Shown here: positions 1 through 11,842 of the stretch, in pieces
How positions within the stretch are numbered: the first letter of the stretch is position 1
Layout: each line of letters opens with the position of its first letter
DNA from: Octopus bimaculoides
Lineage: Eukaryota
NCBI RefSeq assembly: GCF_001194135.2
Contig: NC_068997.1
Location: 12,395,109-12,459,108 of the forward strand
Direction: 5' to 3'
Length of the DNA stretch: 64,000 nucleotides
Notes under the pieces: model-generated
Told to the model about the DNA's origin: nothing
The model's database searches: none
Seen by the model: only the letters and a program-made list of their open reading frames with translations
Translations under genes and position numbers: made by a program

Positions 1-503
1 GGATTTGAACTCAGAAAGTAGATGAAAGAGGCTTAATACTGCAAAGATATCCAATCTAATGCTCTGCTAGTTCTGTCAATTCATATGTTTTTTTTTTCTT
101 CTAATAATCATCCAATCATGGACAGTAGTGTTCTGCTCTTTGTTACTGTAATCTTACTCCAGGAAGTTTCTTTTTATGTACAAATGTTCAAATCAAATAT
201 CAAACACATTGATCTCAGCAGTTTTGAAGAACCATTAAAGGTTACAGGCACTATTTTTTCCTTGAATAATAATAATAATAATAATAATGATTTAAAATTT
301 TTCTGCAAGAAGCAGCCAGTTTGGGGGAGGGAATGTGTCGATTACATCGACCCAGTGTTCAACTGGTACTCAATTTATCGACCCCGAAAGGATGAAAGGC
401 AAAGTCGAGCTCGGCAGAATTTGAACTCAGAATATGGCAGCTGACAAAATACTGCTAAGCATTTTGCCCAATGTGCTAACAATTCTGCCAGCTCGCTGCC
501 TTA

Positions 504-504
<1 letters not shown>

Positions 505-543
<39 letters not shown>

Positions 544-570
544 GTAGTAGTAGTAGTAGTAGTAGTAGGA

Positions 571-608
<38 letters not shown>
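505..608. repeat. Compound (AAT)n(AGT)n(AAT)n microsatellite
   Basis: Directly visible; explains the poly-Leu ORF 476-682. Confidence 0.95.
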
Positions 609-609
<1 letters not shown>

Positions 610-1162
610 GCTTGAAATTTTGGTACAAGACCAGCAATTTTAAGGGAAGGTGTAAGCCAATTACATCAATCCCAATATTCAACTGGTATTTATTTTATCG
701 ATATAAACCCACAAAATAATAATAATAATAAAAATAAAAAAAGAATTTTTAAATATATCCAGCAATACAGAATACTTGCAGTTAGATCATTTCGTTATTT
801 CACATTAACAACTCATCAAATGAATGAAACTGGCTGTTTTTCCATTCACAGTGTTGTCATCCTCACGTGGCTGAGCTGTTTATTTACTTTTGTAGATGCT
901 GGTATTGGGTTGTTTTTTGAGGCATTTGTCAGTATCTTGATAGACACACCTTTTCTGTCTGCTAAGCATTCAGTTGTGAACCAGGAGAGGTATATGTAGA
1001 ATGATGCAAGCAGTGTTATGTTATTGAACTCAGAGAGGTTTAGAGATGAATATCTGTAACGGTCAAGTTTGAACCAGTCAGCAGTTTAACCTCACAGTTA
1101 ATATGCTGCAGCATTCTGATCAAAAAATGGAAAACAAATTCTGAAACAGTGAAAAAAAAGTC

Positions 1163-4100
1163 TCATATACCATCCTGAAATGATATTTCTTCTATGTCTT
1201 CATCATCCCAGATTTCTCCTGGACTCGGAATCGTTACCGGTATTCTATGAGGTATAAGTGGAGGTCGTGGCAGACTCTGAGCGTCTTTTATGTCATCGCC
1301 ATCACCAAGCAGCGTATTATGAACATCTGACTCTACAGACGCATCAACATATTGGCTTTCATTGTATAAAGCATTGTCAGAAACAACAGGATCAATCCCT
1401 CTGTATTGGCTGAAACGAACAGATTTGGACCCAATCAGATCAGTGGGTTGCATAAAACTCTGTTGTGAAGGCAACAGGTAACCAGCAGTTGTGATAGGAG
1501 CCTTTGGTTGAAATGACCCATTCTGCAACAAATTTGGTACCACAGGAGTTTGGTCTTGTTGGATTTCCAATCCTAATTCTGCCGTAGCATCTTCATCAGG
1601 GGTCAACCCAACAAAGATCACTCGAGAATTTGTTTTGCTTTTATCACTAGAATATATATGCGATTGTCTAGAAGAAGATTGCTGAGGTAAAACTGTTTTA
1701 GCCATTTTATTGGAATTGTCAGGCTTCACGTTTGTTGAGGCTGCTGCAGCATAATCAGAAGATGTCTCGAAAGTGGCTTGACCAATTTCTGAACTGGACA
1801 ATGCCCATTCTCCGGGACTTCTTTGACCCTCTGCATTAGCATCAGTATTGCCTGGGATCATTTCAGGACTGTGAGGTGGATTCAAAGGGGTCTTCCTCAT
1901 CTTCAAAATGAGTTGTAAGAGTGGATCTTTCTCAGGTGGAACTCGCTGCTGGAGAACAAATTCTCCATCGCTGTAAGTGATATCAGCTGTGTCATCACGA
2001 GTTAACTCGTTTGAGTCCTTCAATGTGCTGGGGTTGCTGACATCAGCAAGAATACGTTTGTAGACACCATCACTGACCATATACAGCGCTGCTTGTCCTT
2101 CACTCTGACTCAGCAGCCACTGGCCATCAGAGAGACTCTCAAGTGCAGTATTGCTACTACTGCTCCCTGATGACAGTGACTCACTGCTCACCTTGTCAGA
2201 TAAAGGTGAAGAATCAGTTGCAACCTCATTGTCTGTTCCAAGAATTTCTTCTACATCGTTGTCATTGTCAGCATCAAATTTAGGCGCCAAATTTAGTCCT
2301 TCAAGTGAAGCAACTGTGAAATTTTCTCCAAGCTCTTTTACTTGTTCGTCAGTAATTTTCTCAGGGGAATCAGGGTTCTCAGGTGAGAAGAGAGATCTGC
2401 TGGGGCCTTTTCCTGCCCCAGAAGTTTGGAAGTGAGCAATAGAAGATGGAGGTGGGGTTGTTGTGTGTGAAGATGAAAATTGCAATGACGATGTTGTTTG
2501 TGATGTTGTTGATGTTGTTCTGTGAGGCTTCGGAGGTTGTAGTAGTAATTGTGATGCTGGTTGTTGTGGTGGTGGAGGTGATGGTGATGACTGTGATGGT
2601 AGAAACTGCGTCGGTGATTGCGATGGAGGAAATTGTGACGGTAATGATGGCGTTATAAATTGATCTTTCTCTTCGGTGTTTGTTTCGTTCAAAGATTTCG
2701 AAGTTATTTCGACCAATTTAACGTGTCTAACAGGAGACCGGACACGAGTGTCTGGCGGAATATAGATAGATTCCATTTTGTCAATCCGCAATTTAGCAAG
2801 AGTTGCTTCCCTTCTTCTCCTTTGTACCTCTTCGACACGTTCTGCCTCAGACTGCCGTCTTGTAATACTACCCAAAACGTTTACGGCATCTTGTGCCACG
2901 ACACTTATACAGCGTTGCATTGCTGGTGCATTTGTGTCTTGTAATTTACTTGTTGATGGTTGCATTACAAAACTACTGAACGGTTGTACAGGGCTTTTTG
3001 AACTTTGCATTGAGACTGCATTTGTATCTTGCACTGCACCATCATCAGAGTGGGTTATTACAGAAATGTTAATAGGCTGCACTATATTTCCAGTTGAGTC
3101 TTTTGCTGCGTCTTTGTTAGAATCTTTGGCAAAATTTGGATGATAACTTTTCATTGGAACTTCATCTGGATTTTCACCAGTTGTAGTTTCTTGTACATCA
3201 GTTTTCTCTCCTTGTTCTACAGAATTTTTATTTAAATTTAATAAATTGATTTCATTAGCGGAGTAGCTTGCAGCTTCATTTATTAATAAGTTGCTACCAT
3301 CTTCATTTATCATGGTTTCAGACTCCTGAGGAATGGCAGTGTCTACAAGAACTGATTCTTTGATAGAAGTAGGCTGCAGAGGCTGAGAAATAACTGCACT
3401 TCCAGGCGTTTTATCAGTAAAATGTGAATTTTTATCTTCCAAAACTAACTCGTTTAATAATAAACTTGTTTGACAAACTGCATCTTGTTTCAATGAGGAA
3501 AATTCGTTTGGCTTTGTTTGACAAATTTCACCTTTTTCAAATTGATTAGATGAAGTTGGTTTGGGAGATTTGTCTGAAGTCGGTATGCTTAAAGCATAGT
3601 CATTTGCTAAGATTGTGCCAACTTTATCAGCAAGAATTTCCTCAATCAGTTGGGATAGTATCAAAGAATCCTCAGAGACTGAAGCTTTTATTTTAGGGAT
3701 ACATTCTTTGTCACCATTATTTTCTGCTGAAAAGCTCTTCTTCAAATAAGCAACTGCAGAATTAGGTGTTACTTGGTCGCTGGAGATTATCTGTGACAAA
3801 ATTTCTTGTTCCACTAACTGAATAATTTCATTTAGATCTTCTTCTTGTTGAATTGATTCAGCATCAATAGGCATTCTTTGAGATGTTGCTAATGTAGCTG
3901 CTATTTTATGGTTTTTAGTTAATATTAGTTCTGATGTTAAGCCAGTTAATAATTCTAACTGCTGTGGCAACACCCGACTGCTGTTATTATTATCAGCTAA
4001 TGATTCACTGGCTTCTTTGGTTTTAGACTCGACAACAACTACCTCAACATCATTTTCTGCTTCAACAATATCAGAACCATCACTGAATCTCTCACAGGGT

Positions 4101-7100
4101 ATCTCCTCTTCATTATCAGTGCTTTCAGCAATCGTAACCGATTTCTCAAAAGATGTATTCAGAACATTTTTATCTTGACTGTCTGTAGTAAACTTCACAT
4201 TCTTTACAGCCTTGTCTTTGGTCATTTCTCCAACAATATCGACAGATGGTAAGTCCTGCTTACTCAATACGGTTTTCTTTGCAGGTTTTGCTTCATTTAC
4301 AAAAGGAACAGTACAGAGGACAACATTTTCAGCAGGAACAACTTTAGGCTGGTCCTGGGGAGCAACAACTACAGAACTACCAGGCCTCACTGTAACGGCA
4401 TGAGTTAATCCAGAGTCCATTCTAGGCTCTCTTAAGGATACAGCCATATAACCTAAATGGCCTGGTACCAAACTTGAATTCTGTAAATAGTTAGAATTAT
4501 TACTAGGTTTGCTAGCAAAGAAATATTTTTGGTCATCAGCCACGATTCCAGTACCTTTCTCAACAGTTTTCTTTACTTCTTCCACTGTTTGAACTTTGGT
4601 AGATTTCTTTTGTATTCCTTTAACATCCACCATAGCTTTTGGTTGGGTTACTTTTGTCTGTGGTTTATTTCTGATGTGTAAGTAAGGCTCTCGAACAGTA
4701 GTTCTTTTATTTTGGTAAGTCGCTTTACCAAATACTTGCGTAAGATATTCTTGATCTTGGTACATGACATTTATGGCTTTACTTGAACTTTGTGGGGCTT
4801 TTTCTTTTGTTTTAACAATAACTTTTGGTTGTTTCTGTCTGGAACCACTTAAATCTTCAGAGTCTTTTTTCTTCGTTAATTTATTCACTTTGGTAGCAGG
4901 ATTTGAGCAAGAAAGTTTTTTGGAAGTGGCTTCTTCCATTGAGAGTTCTTTCTGAATATCTATCTGCATTTTGGCAATACATTGGTCAACTTTTCGTTTC
5001 ATTTGATAAGTTTGAGATGCAGGGCTGTTTTCATAAAGATTATCCACAATATTATAAACAGCATCCTTCTTGTAATCTCGTTCTAAATTCTTTAAGTTTT
5101 CTTCCAGAAACATCCGACTAGTCTGAGCACGTAAAAGAATTTCTTGCCCAGCAACAAGTTCAGCTGAAGGAGTAATTGGTTTTAGGTCAGCATAAATTTT
5201 ATCTGATGTGAAAAGTTGAGTCTTGAGAGGTGAGTCTAGAAGATATTTCTCGAGTGGAGCTACTGACTGTAAAGAAGTAAACCATTTCTTAGAATTACTA
5301 TTTTGATTTTCAATTCTATTAAACTCCTTTTCATCGTGCTGTAAATCGGGAGAAGAAGAAATAACATAACTAGTGTTCAGAATTGCTGGTGCAGGAGGAG
5401 ACTGTTTCTTAGGAATGCGTTTAGCTTTGGAAGTTTCTCGGACTGCATACGGTTCCTTAGAATAAGGATTAGAGGAAAAAGTTTTAAGGTAAGAGTATTT
5501 CAAAGGGAGCTCTTTAGCAGATTGTTTCTCAGTTACAGATGTTGGTTTCTGTATATTTCTGTTAATTTCTTTAATAACAAGTTTTTCTTCTTCTACATTC
5601 GATTGATATTTCTTGTTTCTATTGGATCTAGAATTCTGGAATTTGGATGTGGAATTCACCGAACTCACAGTTTTGTTTGGTTTCGAAGTAGATTTGCTTT
5701 CCTTGCCATTCACAATGTTTGTCTTTACATTCGATGCCTTATGGGCTGTGCTGAGAGGATTATTTGAATTTACTTTTGGTTTTATGCAAGGAGCAGATGT
5801 ATCTTTAGAATGACTTCTCGATGCACTTTTTGATGACGACTTTTCAATATGATGTTCCTTTTTGGGATTTTTAGCATGTTTATCTTCGGGAGCTACAGAA
5901 AGGGGTTTAGGGAAACTTCTTACATCTTTATCTGTATTAATAGACAAATCTAGTGATTCTAAAGAATCAGGTTCTTTAGACTTTTCAATATCATTTTTTG
6001 AATGTTGCACATTTTGAGATCTGTAATGTAATGGTTCCGTTTTCTCTTCATCCTCATTAATTTTTTGTTGAATATTGTCGGGAACCTGACCAAACATGTT
6101 CTCAAAACTTTTTGCGACATTTAGAAAGTTGGCTTGCATACCAAACATCTGCTGTTGTAAAAGTTCTAAAGAATTCATCCGATCCTTTGTTACTTGGCTA
6201 AGTTGATTCTCCAACTTCTGGAGCTTTCCTTCCTTCTCCATTTCATGTTTCTGTAGAAATATTTGTTGTTCTAAAGAATTCATCTTATCCAATAGAGTCA
6301 TCAACTGAACCTCTAATCTGTTATGTGATGCCAATAAAGGATGAGCTGAAAACGCAGCGGCAGTGGCCGCAGCAACAGTGCTGAGTGTTTTTTGCACTGA
6401 AGCAGTTCCACGACAAGGACAGCAGTCTTCTTGCTCTGGTTTCTTATCTAGATTTGTGCTTTCTTTCTGTCTGACAGCAGAAATTTCATCTTCTCTAACT
6501 GATTTATCTTCCAATTGCTCTACAGCTGCTTCGTCTTCAACAGGGGACGTTTTACCAGCAGAAATATCATTTGGTAAATCCAAATTAATTACTTCTAAAT
6601 CTAACGCATTTGCAAATACTTTTTCAGGAATTTGGTTTTGAGGATCAACGGTGTTTTCCTCTTCTGTATTATAGCAACATTCAGGTTCCACTTCCTCAGT
6701 AAAATGGTTATCAAGCTGATCCAAATTCAAAGCAGGAAGCATTTCCTCTTCAAAATTATGTTGCAATTGTAGCTCAAAACTTTCAGGCTCTTTTGTAATA
6801 ACGGTAATTATTTCAGGTTGTTTGTGTTGCACTGATGGAACAGATATTTCTGGATTATTAACTGAATGGAAGTTTTCTTTGAACACAGAGATATTCTCTA
6901 AACTACCAAGATCAGCAGGCTTTGGGAAAGACGGCGAAATCCGTTTCGAAACTGATTTTCTGAGTGGACTGTGTTTTTCAACAATAACATGCTTTCTCAT
7001 ACCATTACACAGAGAATGACACGAAACTTTACTAGTCGATGTATATGGAACTTTGGTTAAACTTCTGCTAACCTGTGTTATAACTGATTGAGTACCAAGT

Positions 7101-7351
7101 CTTGCAAAAGCTGATTTTGTAGAACGGGACGATGCTGAACTAAGGTCGAAGTTACATCCATTATCATTGCTCAGGAACAAATGTTGTTCCGTACCTTTAT
7201 GGGAATGTCCTTTCGATTTTGGATTCTTTTTGCCAGTTAGTGCCTGAGGTGCATTTTTTGAAGTTTTTTTATTACCATGAGAAGTTCTACCACGAGATTC
7301 TCTAACCACTTGAATGGCTAGCTGACCATGATCAGTTTTAATAGATGGCAT
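1163..7351 (-). CDS. KIAA0586: TALPID3/KIAA0586-like centrosomal/ciliogenesis protein, 2062 aa, single uninterrupted ORF
   Basis: 6189-nt ORF. [23 protein letters not shown] resembles vertebrate [63 protein letters not shown] resembles [39 protein letters not shown]; C-terminal [12 protein letters not shown]-type motifs. Comparison is from recalled human sequence. Confidence 0.85.
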   Translation of the reverse strand: [2062 protein letters not shown]

Positions 7352-9627
7352 CTTGTAAAATTAAGATAGTAATAACAATCTTTTCAAATATATTACTTTT
7401 GTTAATAGGTTTCGGCCATGCTGGAGTGAATACATAAGTCGTATAGAATTATAAAAGAATATGTTTCAAATATTATGTGGAACCCGAATATTTTATTGAT
7501 ACTTTGAATGTTGATGTTTCTTGACGCAGCATAAGTTGTGCATCAAGGATTTCGGCAAAAGGCCGGGGGATTTTCGAAACACAATGGATTTTAGATTAAA
7601 ATGAGTTCCATGCCTACGCTGTGTCAAGGGTTATAAACGAAGAATAAATGAAAAGAAATGATTAAAACCTGTGTTCGAACGAATCCGAGCATCGCAGTTT
7701 CGTAGACGCAATACAGCGCTAGTTAAGATGTAAACATTAACTTTCCACTTATTTGTTTTGTTGTCGTTGGATTCGGTACAAAACGAACAGATTAAAGAAA
7801 AGACGAGATTTAAATCAACTAAATCGCCTCTTCAGTATATTGCTAATAACTTTATTTTAATGGACCGGCAGAAGGATTTGTCCAGAATTACGGAAATATG
7901 AATGTTCCATATTCGTGTGAAAAAAAAAAAACAAAGTTTTCTTCGTATCTTAGGAAGTAAAGAAGAAAAAGACAAAAGGCGGAAATAATTTGGTTTTCAA
8001 GCCTGGAATTATCGAAGAGGCGTTGTTGCCATGAATATTTATACATAAACAAACTTAAAGAATCCAATTCTCGATGAATAACAGAATTTAAGTTCCTGTT
8101 AATTTTTGTTTTTCGTTTTTTTTTAATGCTTTACGGAATATCTTGTTTTCGTTCGTTTTGCTTTTTATAAGAAATTAATAAATTATCAAACATACCATAG
8201 CGATCAATCATTATCCAAAATGTTCAGATAACTGAAATAGGGTGAACTGGAGAGGGTTACAAGTAGTGTAATAGAGCGATGGCATTGTTCTTGGTGTGGT
8301 GGTGTTGATGGTAACGAAGAAAGTTTGGAGACATTTGTAAGAAATAAACCAGGCGTCCTAATTAAAAAAAAAAAGTATCCAAATTTCAAGATTTTTGTTG
8401 AATTACAATAGAGATAGTGGCTGGAAAATAAGCAGTACGATAGAGTTGTTGGAAAATAAATAGATCTATCTATTATTTTGAAAATATATCATGCATGTCT
8501 GCTTGCGATCGTTCTTAAGAAAACCAAAATTCACGTAGCAACCATTGTCTTATTTACTCCCACAACTCGTTACTAGATTCGTGATGGGAACAAAGAAGGG
8601 ATATGTTTTAACTTGTTCAATAGGTGGTGTGCTCGCACTAGTTGATATCATTACTATTAACAATACTATTAATGCTTGTGGAACTGCTGTAGCTAAGGTC
8701 TCTACTTAAATAACAGTAATAGTAGTAGCAGTGGTATTAATAGTATTAGTAGTTGCGGTAACAAACAACAAACTGTTGTGGTTAGTAACCAACAGACTTA
8801 CCTCCATTCCAAGCGCTCCTTTATACACATAAACCAGTTTCTACCCGGCTTTACAAACACAAATTTAGAAATTATCGAATTTTGCCTGCATTGTTTTGTA
8901 ATGTCATGTAATTTATTTGCTCTTGTGGCTTCAGAGCAACAAACATTTTTAAAAGATTCAAGTTAGAGTACATGTCAATATTTTTCAAGTGCATCAGCGG
9001 GCCTTAATTCAACAATTATATTATATCTTATCATAATTATATTAAATTATATTATTATTTATTATTACAATATTATATTATATTTATTATATGATACGAT
9101 ATTTATCTTATTATATTATATTATATTATATTATATTTAAAAACAATTGCTATTTTCCCCTCTAGAATAATAAGCAATAACTATCTATAACATTCTTAAG
9201 AAAACTTTTTTTTATGTTAATTACAGTTAAGTTTCCGTCTTTATTAATACTGAAAGACTATATAAAACGAGAGACAACAAAACGTACAATAAATATCGCT
9301 TACAACCTTGAAAAATAAGTTTATTTGTTTTTTTAAACTTGGTTCGTAAATAATAAGTGGTCATAGCAACGGTCAGTTTCGAAGGTGCAATAATTCTGTC
9401 TATCTATCGGGTTGCGGCCATGCTGTGGCACCGTTTTGTAGGGTTTTTTTTTTTCAGTCGACCGAATTGATTCTAGTACACATTTTTTTAAAGCCTGGTA
9501 CTTATTCTATCGGTCACTTATGCCGAACCGTTAAGTTACGTGGATGTAAGCAAATCAGTGTCGATGATAGGAGGACAAATACAAAGAGCCATACAAAGAC
9601 ATAGATACACACACACAGGCAGATAGA

Positions 9628-9659
<32 letters not shown>

Positions 9660-9667
9660 TAGGTTAG

Positions 9668-9897
9668 AAGGCGACGAGCTGGCAGAAACGTTAGCACGCC
9701 CGGCGAAATGCTTATTTAATCTGCCGTTACGTTCTGAGTTCAAATTCCGCCGAGGTCGACTTTGCCTTTCATCCTTTCGGGGTCGATAAATTAAGTACCA
9801 GTTACGCACTGGGTTCGATCTAATCGACTTAATCCCTTTGTCTGTCCTTGTTTGTCCCCTCTATGTTTAGCCCCTTGTGGGCAATAAAGAAATAAGA
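9668..9897 (+). mobile_element. tRNA-derived SINE, family A
   Basis: ggcgacgagctggcagaaacgttagc..gagttcaaattccgccgaggtcgactttgcctttcatcctttcggggtcgataaattaagtaccag. Other copies at ~300-500 (-), ~15080-15260 (-), ~16512-16690, ~29803-29990, 48665-48893 (-). Confidence 0.85.
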
Positions 9898-10845
9898 TAG
9901 ATTAGAAAACACATGCTTATGCAGTTCCCATATAATCGAATCTATACCATGTAACGTGTATTTATAGGAAATTTCATTTAAAGTATCCATTTTTCGAGGA
10001 AACAAAATCAAGCGGGAGTAATACTTGAGTAATTATGGCTTATAACTTTTGCTGCCGGCGCAAACGATGAGCAGTTTCCACGGATTAAATCAGATTTAGC
10101 GTTTCATGAATGCTTTTAATCGATGCTAGAATCCTTAGCCCGCAACAATTAAAAGAATTATATATGTAGGAGGCGGGAGATCGCACCTGCAATCCCTAAA
10201 CGCTTTGAAATAATTTGTTACTTGACCAAAATACATTTGTACTTGTTTTGCCAAGCAGGAACTCATAGTCAAATCGTTTCAAATACCGTAACGGATGGAT
10301 TACACAGATATAAAGGTGAAACAGCGACCAACAACGCCTGAAGGTCATTTCATATGTCTTTTATATAGTTTGAACGTTCTACGGATGAAACAAAAAAAAT
10401 ACACTCAAGGAGAAACAAGGGAGGCAACATTATATTGTTGTTGCCTCCCTTCTTTTCCTTTCCCATTTTTCCAAACCATTGTTTGCATTTTGTCTTTTAG
10501 GATTGGAAAAACGGACAGGGTGGTGTCAAACCTGTGCAACCTGATCACTTCTGCCAGTTAAACTCCCGACTCATGCGTTCACGTCGCGACACTGATTCTG
10601 CGAAATTGAGTTGGATGTGAGTAATCGCTTTTTGAGAGACTGTATTTGAATACTTGCCTTTTTTTCAAGTAATTTTTTTAATAAACTTTCCATTAATTTT
10701 AAAGACTTTTCATTTTTCTTAAATGTGGTGATTCGAGAATAGACCCGAATGAAATCGGGTCAAAAAGCTAGTGTTTCATAATTGTAAAGCAGGAACTAAA
10801 AATAAAACATTTTCATTTCGTTGTTGTAATTCTGTTGCTACATAC

Positions 10846-11398
10846 GGGATCTTTTTTTAAAACGGGGGCCACATTTTTCATTAACGAAACACTTTGAAAC
10901 TTGGAACACTGGTAGAATGTGTCATATAAAACATCTTTTTCTCTTAGTCTTCTTTAAAAAAAAGAAATCCCTAAGTTATTCCATGTTAAAGTTGTATTTC
11001 TGTAATTTCAACCAATCACTGACGTCCATTCAGCCGATATACATTAAGTGCCGACTACATAAACAAACGATTCTGAAACAATTCTATCGGTGATAGGGTT
11101 AAGGTTAGGGTTAGGGTAAAACAGCAAATTTAAAAAGAAAAAAGCAAATAAAACGAAGAAAAGAAAAAGAAAATGAAAAAAGCAAATAAAACGAAGCTAT
11201 GGCTTAATCAGCCAAAGGAGTAAATATAAACAACTGAATACTTGTCAGTGATTGGTTGAAATCATCGAAATAAGACAATTTTTTACATGAAATAAATTCG
11301 AATACAAAAATATTTTTCTGTTCTATAACACAAAATAGATAAGTATACGAAGTTTGAAAGTCTTTCGGTACCAAAAACACTACGTAAAACATTAATGA
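10846..11398. mobile_element. Foldback element with telomeric-repeat core, copy 1 (right TIR truncated; inverted relative to the 24-kb copy)
   Basis: Starts GGGATCTTTTTTTAAAACGGGGGCCAC; both arms match 24136-24673; core gatagggttaaggttagggttagggt. Confidence 0.85.
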
Positions 11399-11842
11399 TG
11401 AATTGCTCTAAATATTTAAATAAATTCTTCATGAATTAATCTAAATATTTAAATAATAGTTTGTTTTTTTTGTGTTTTATTTTCTTTTTTTAATTATACT
11501 TTCAAGTTACTTTAAATTGGGTTCTCAAGTTCGAAAGACATTTACGCTTTCTGAGTTCGATTAAAACATTTCAAATGATAGACTGAACACCCACCATGTG
11601 ACCCTATCCGCTAGAATTAGCCACAAAATCTGTCTAAAATTACATCCTACCATCAAGGAAAAGACAGTAGATAATATAGTTCTACATACAACTACAAAGA
11701 CGACCTAGTAGCAGTCGGGATATCTTTAATTATAGGCCAGCTCTATCAGAGTGGATCTGGAGTGAAACAGGTAAACGATGTCACCATCACCTAATTGCTG
11801 GATGCCTTGTCATCATCACCTGATTGTTGAATGCCTTTAGAA

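Noticed and set aside
2151-7019. Many plus-strand ORFs overlapping TALPID3
   Set aside because: Antisense shadows of the long coding frame.
9668-9770. tRNA-like A/B-box heads here and in other SINE copies
   Set aside because: No cloverleaf; they continue into SINE bodies, so they are not tRNA genes.
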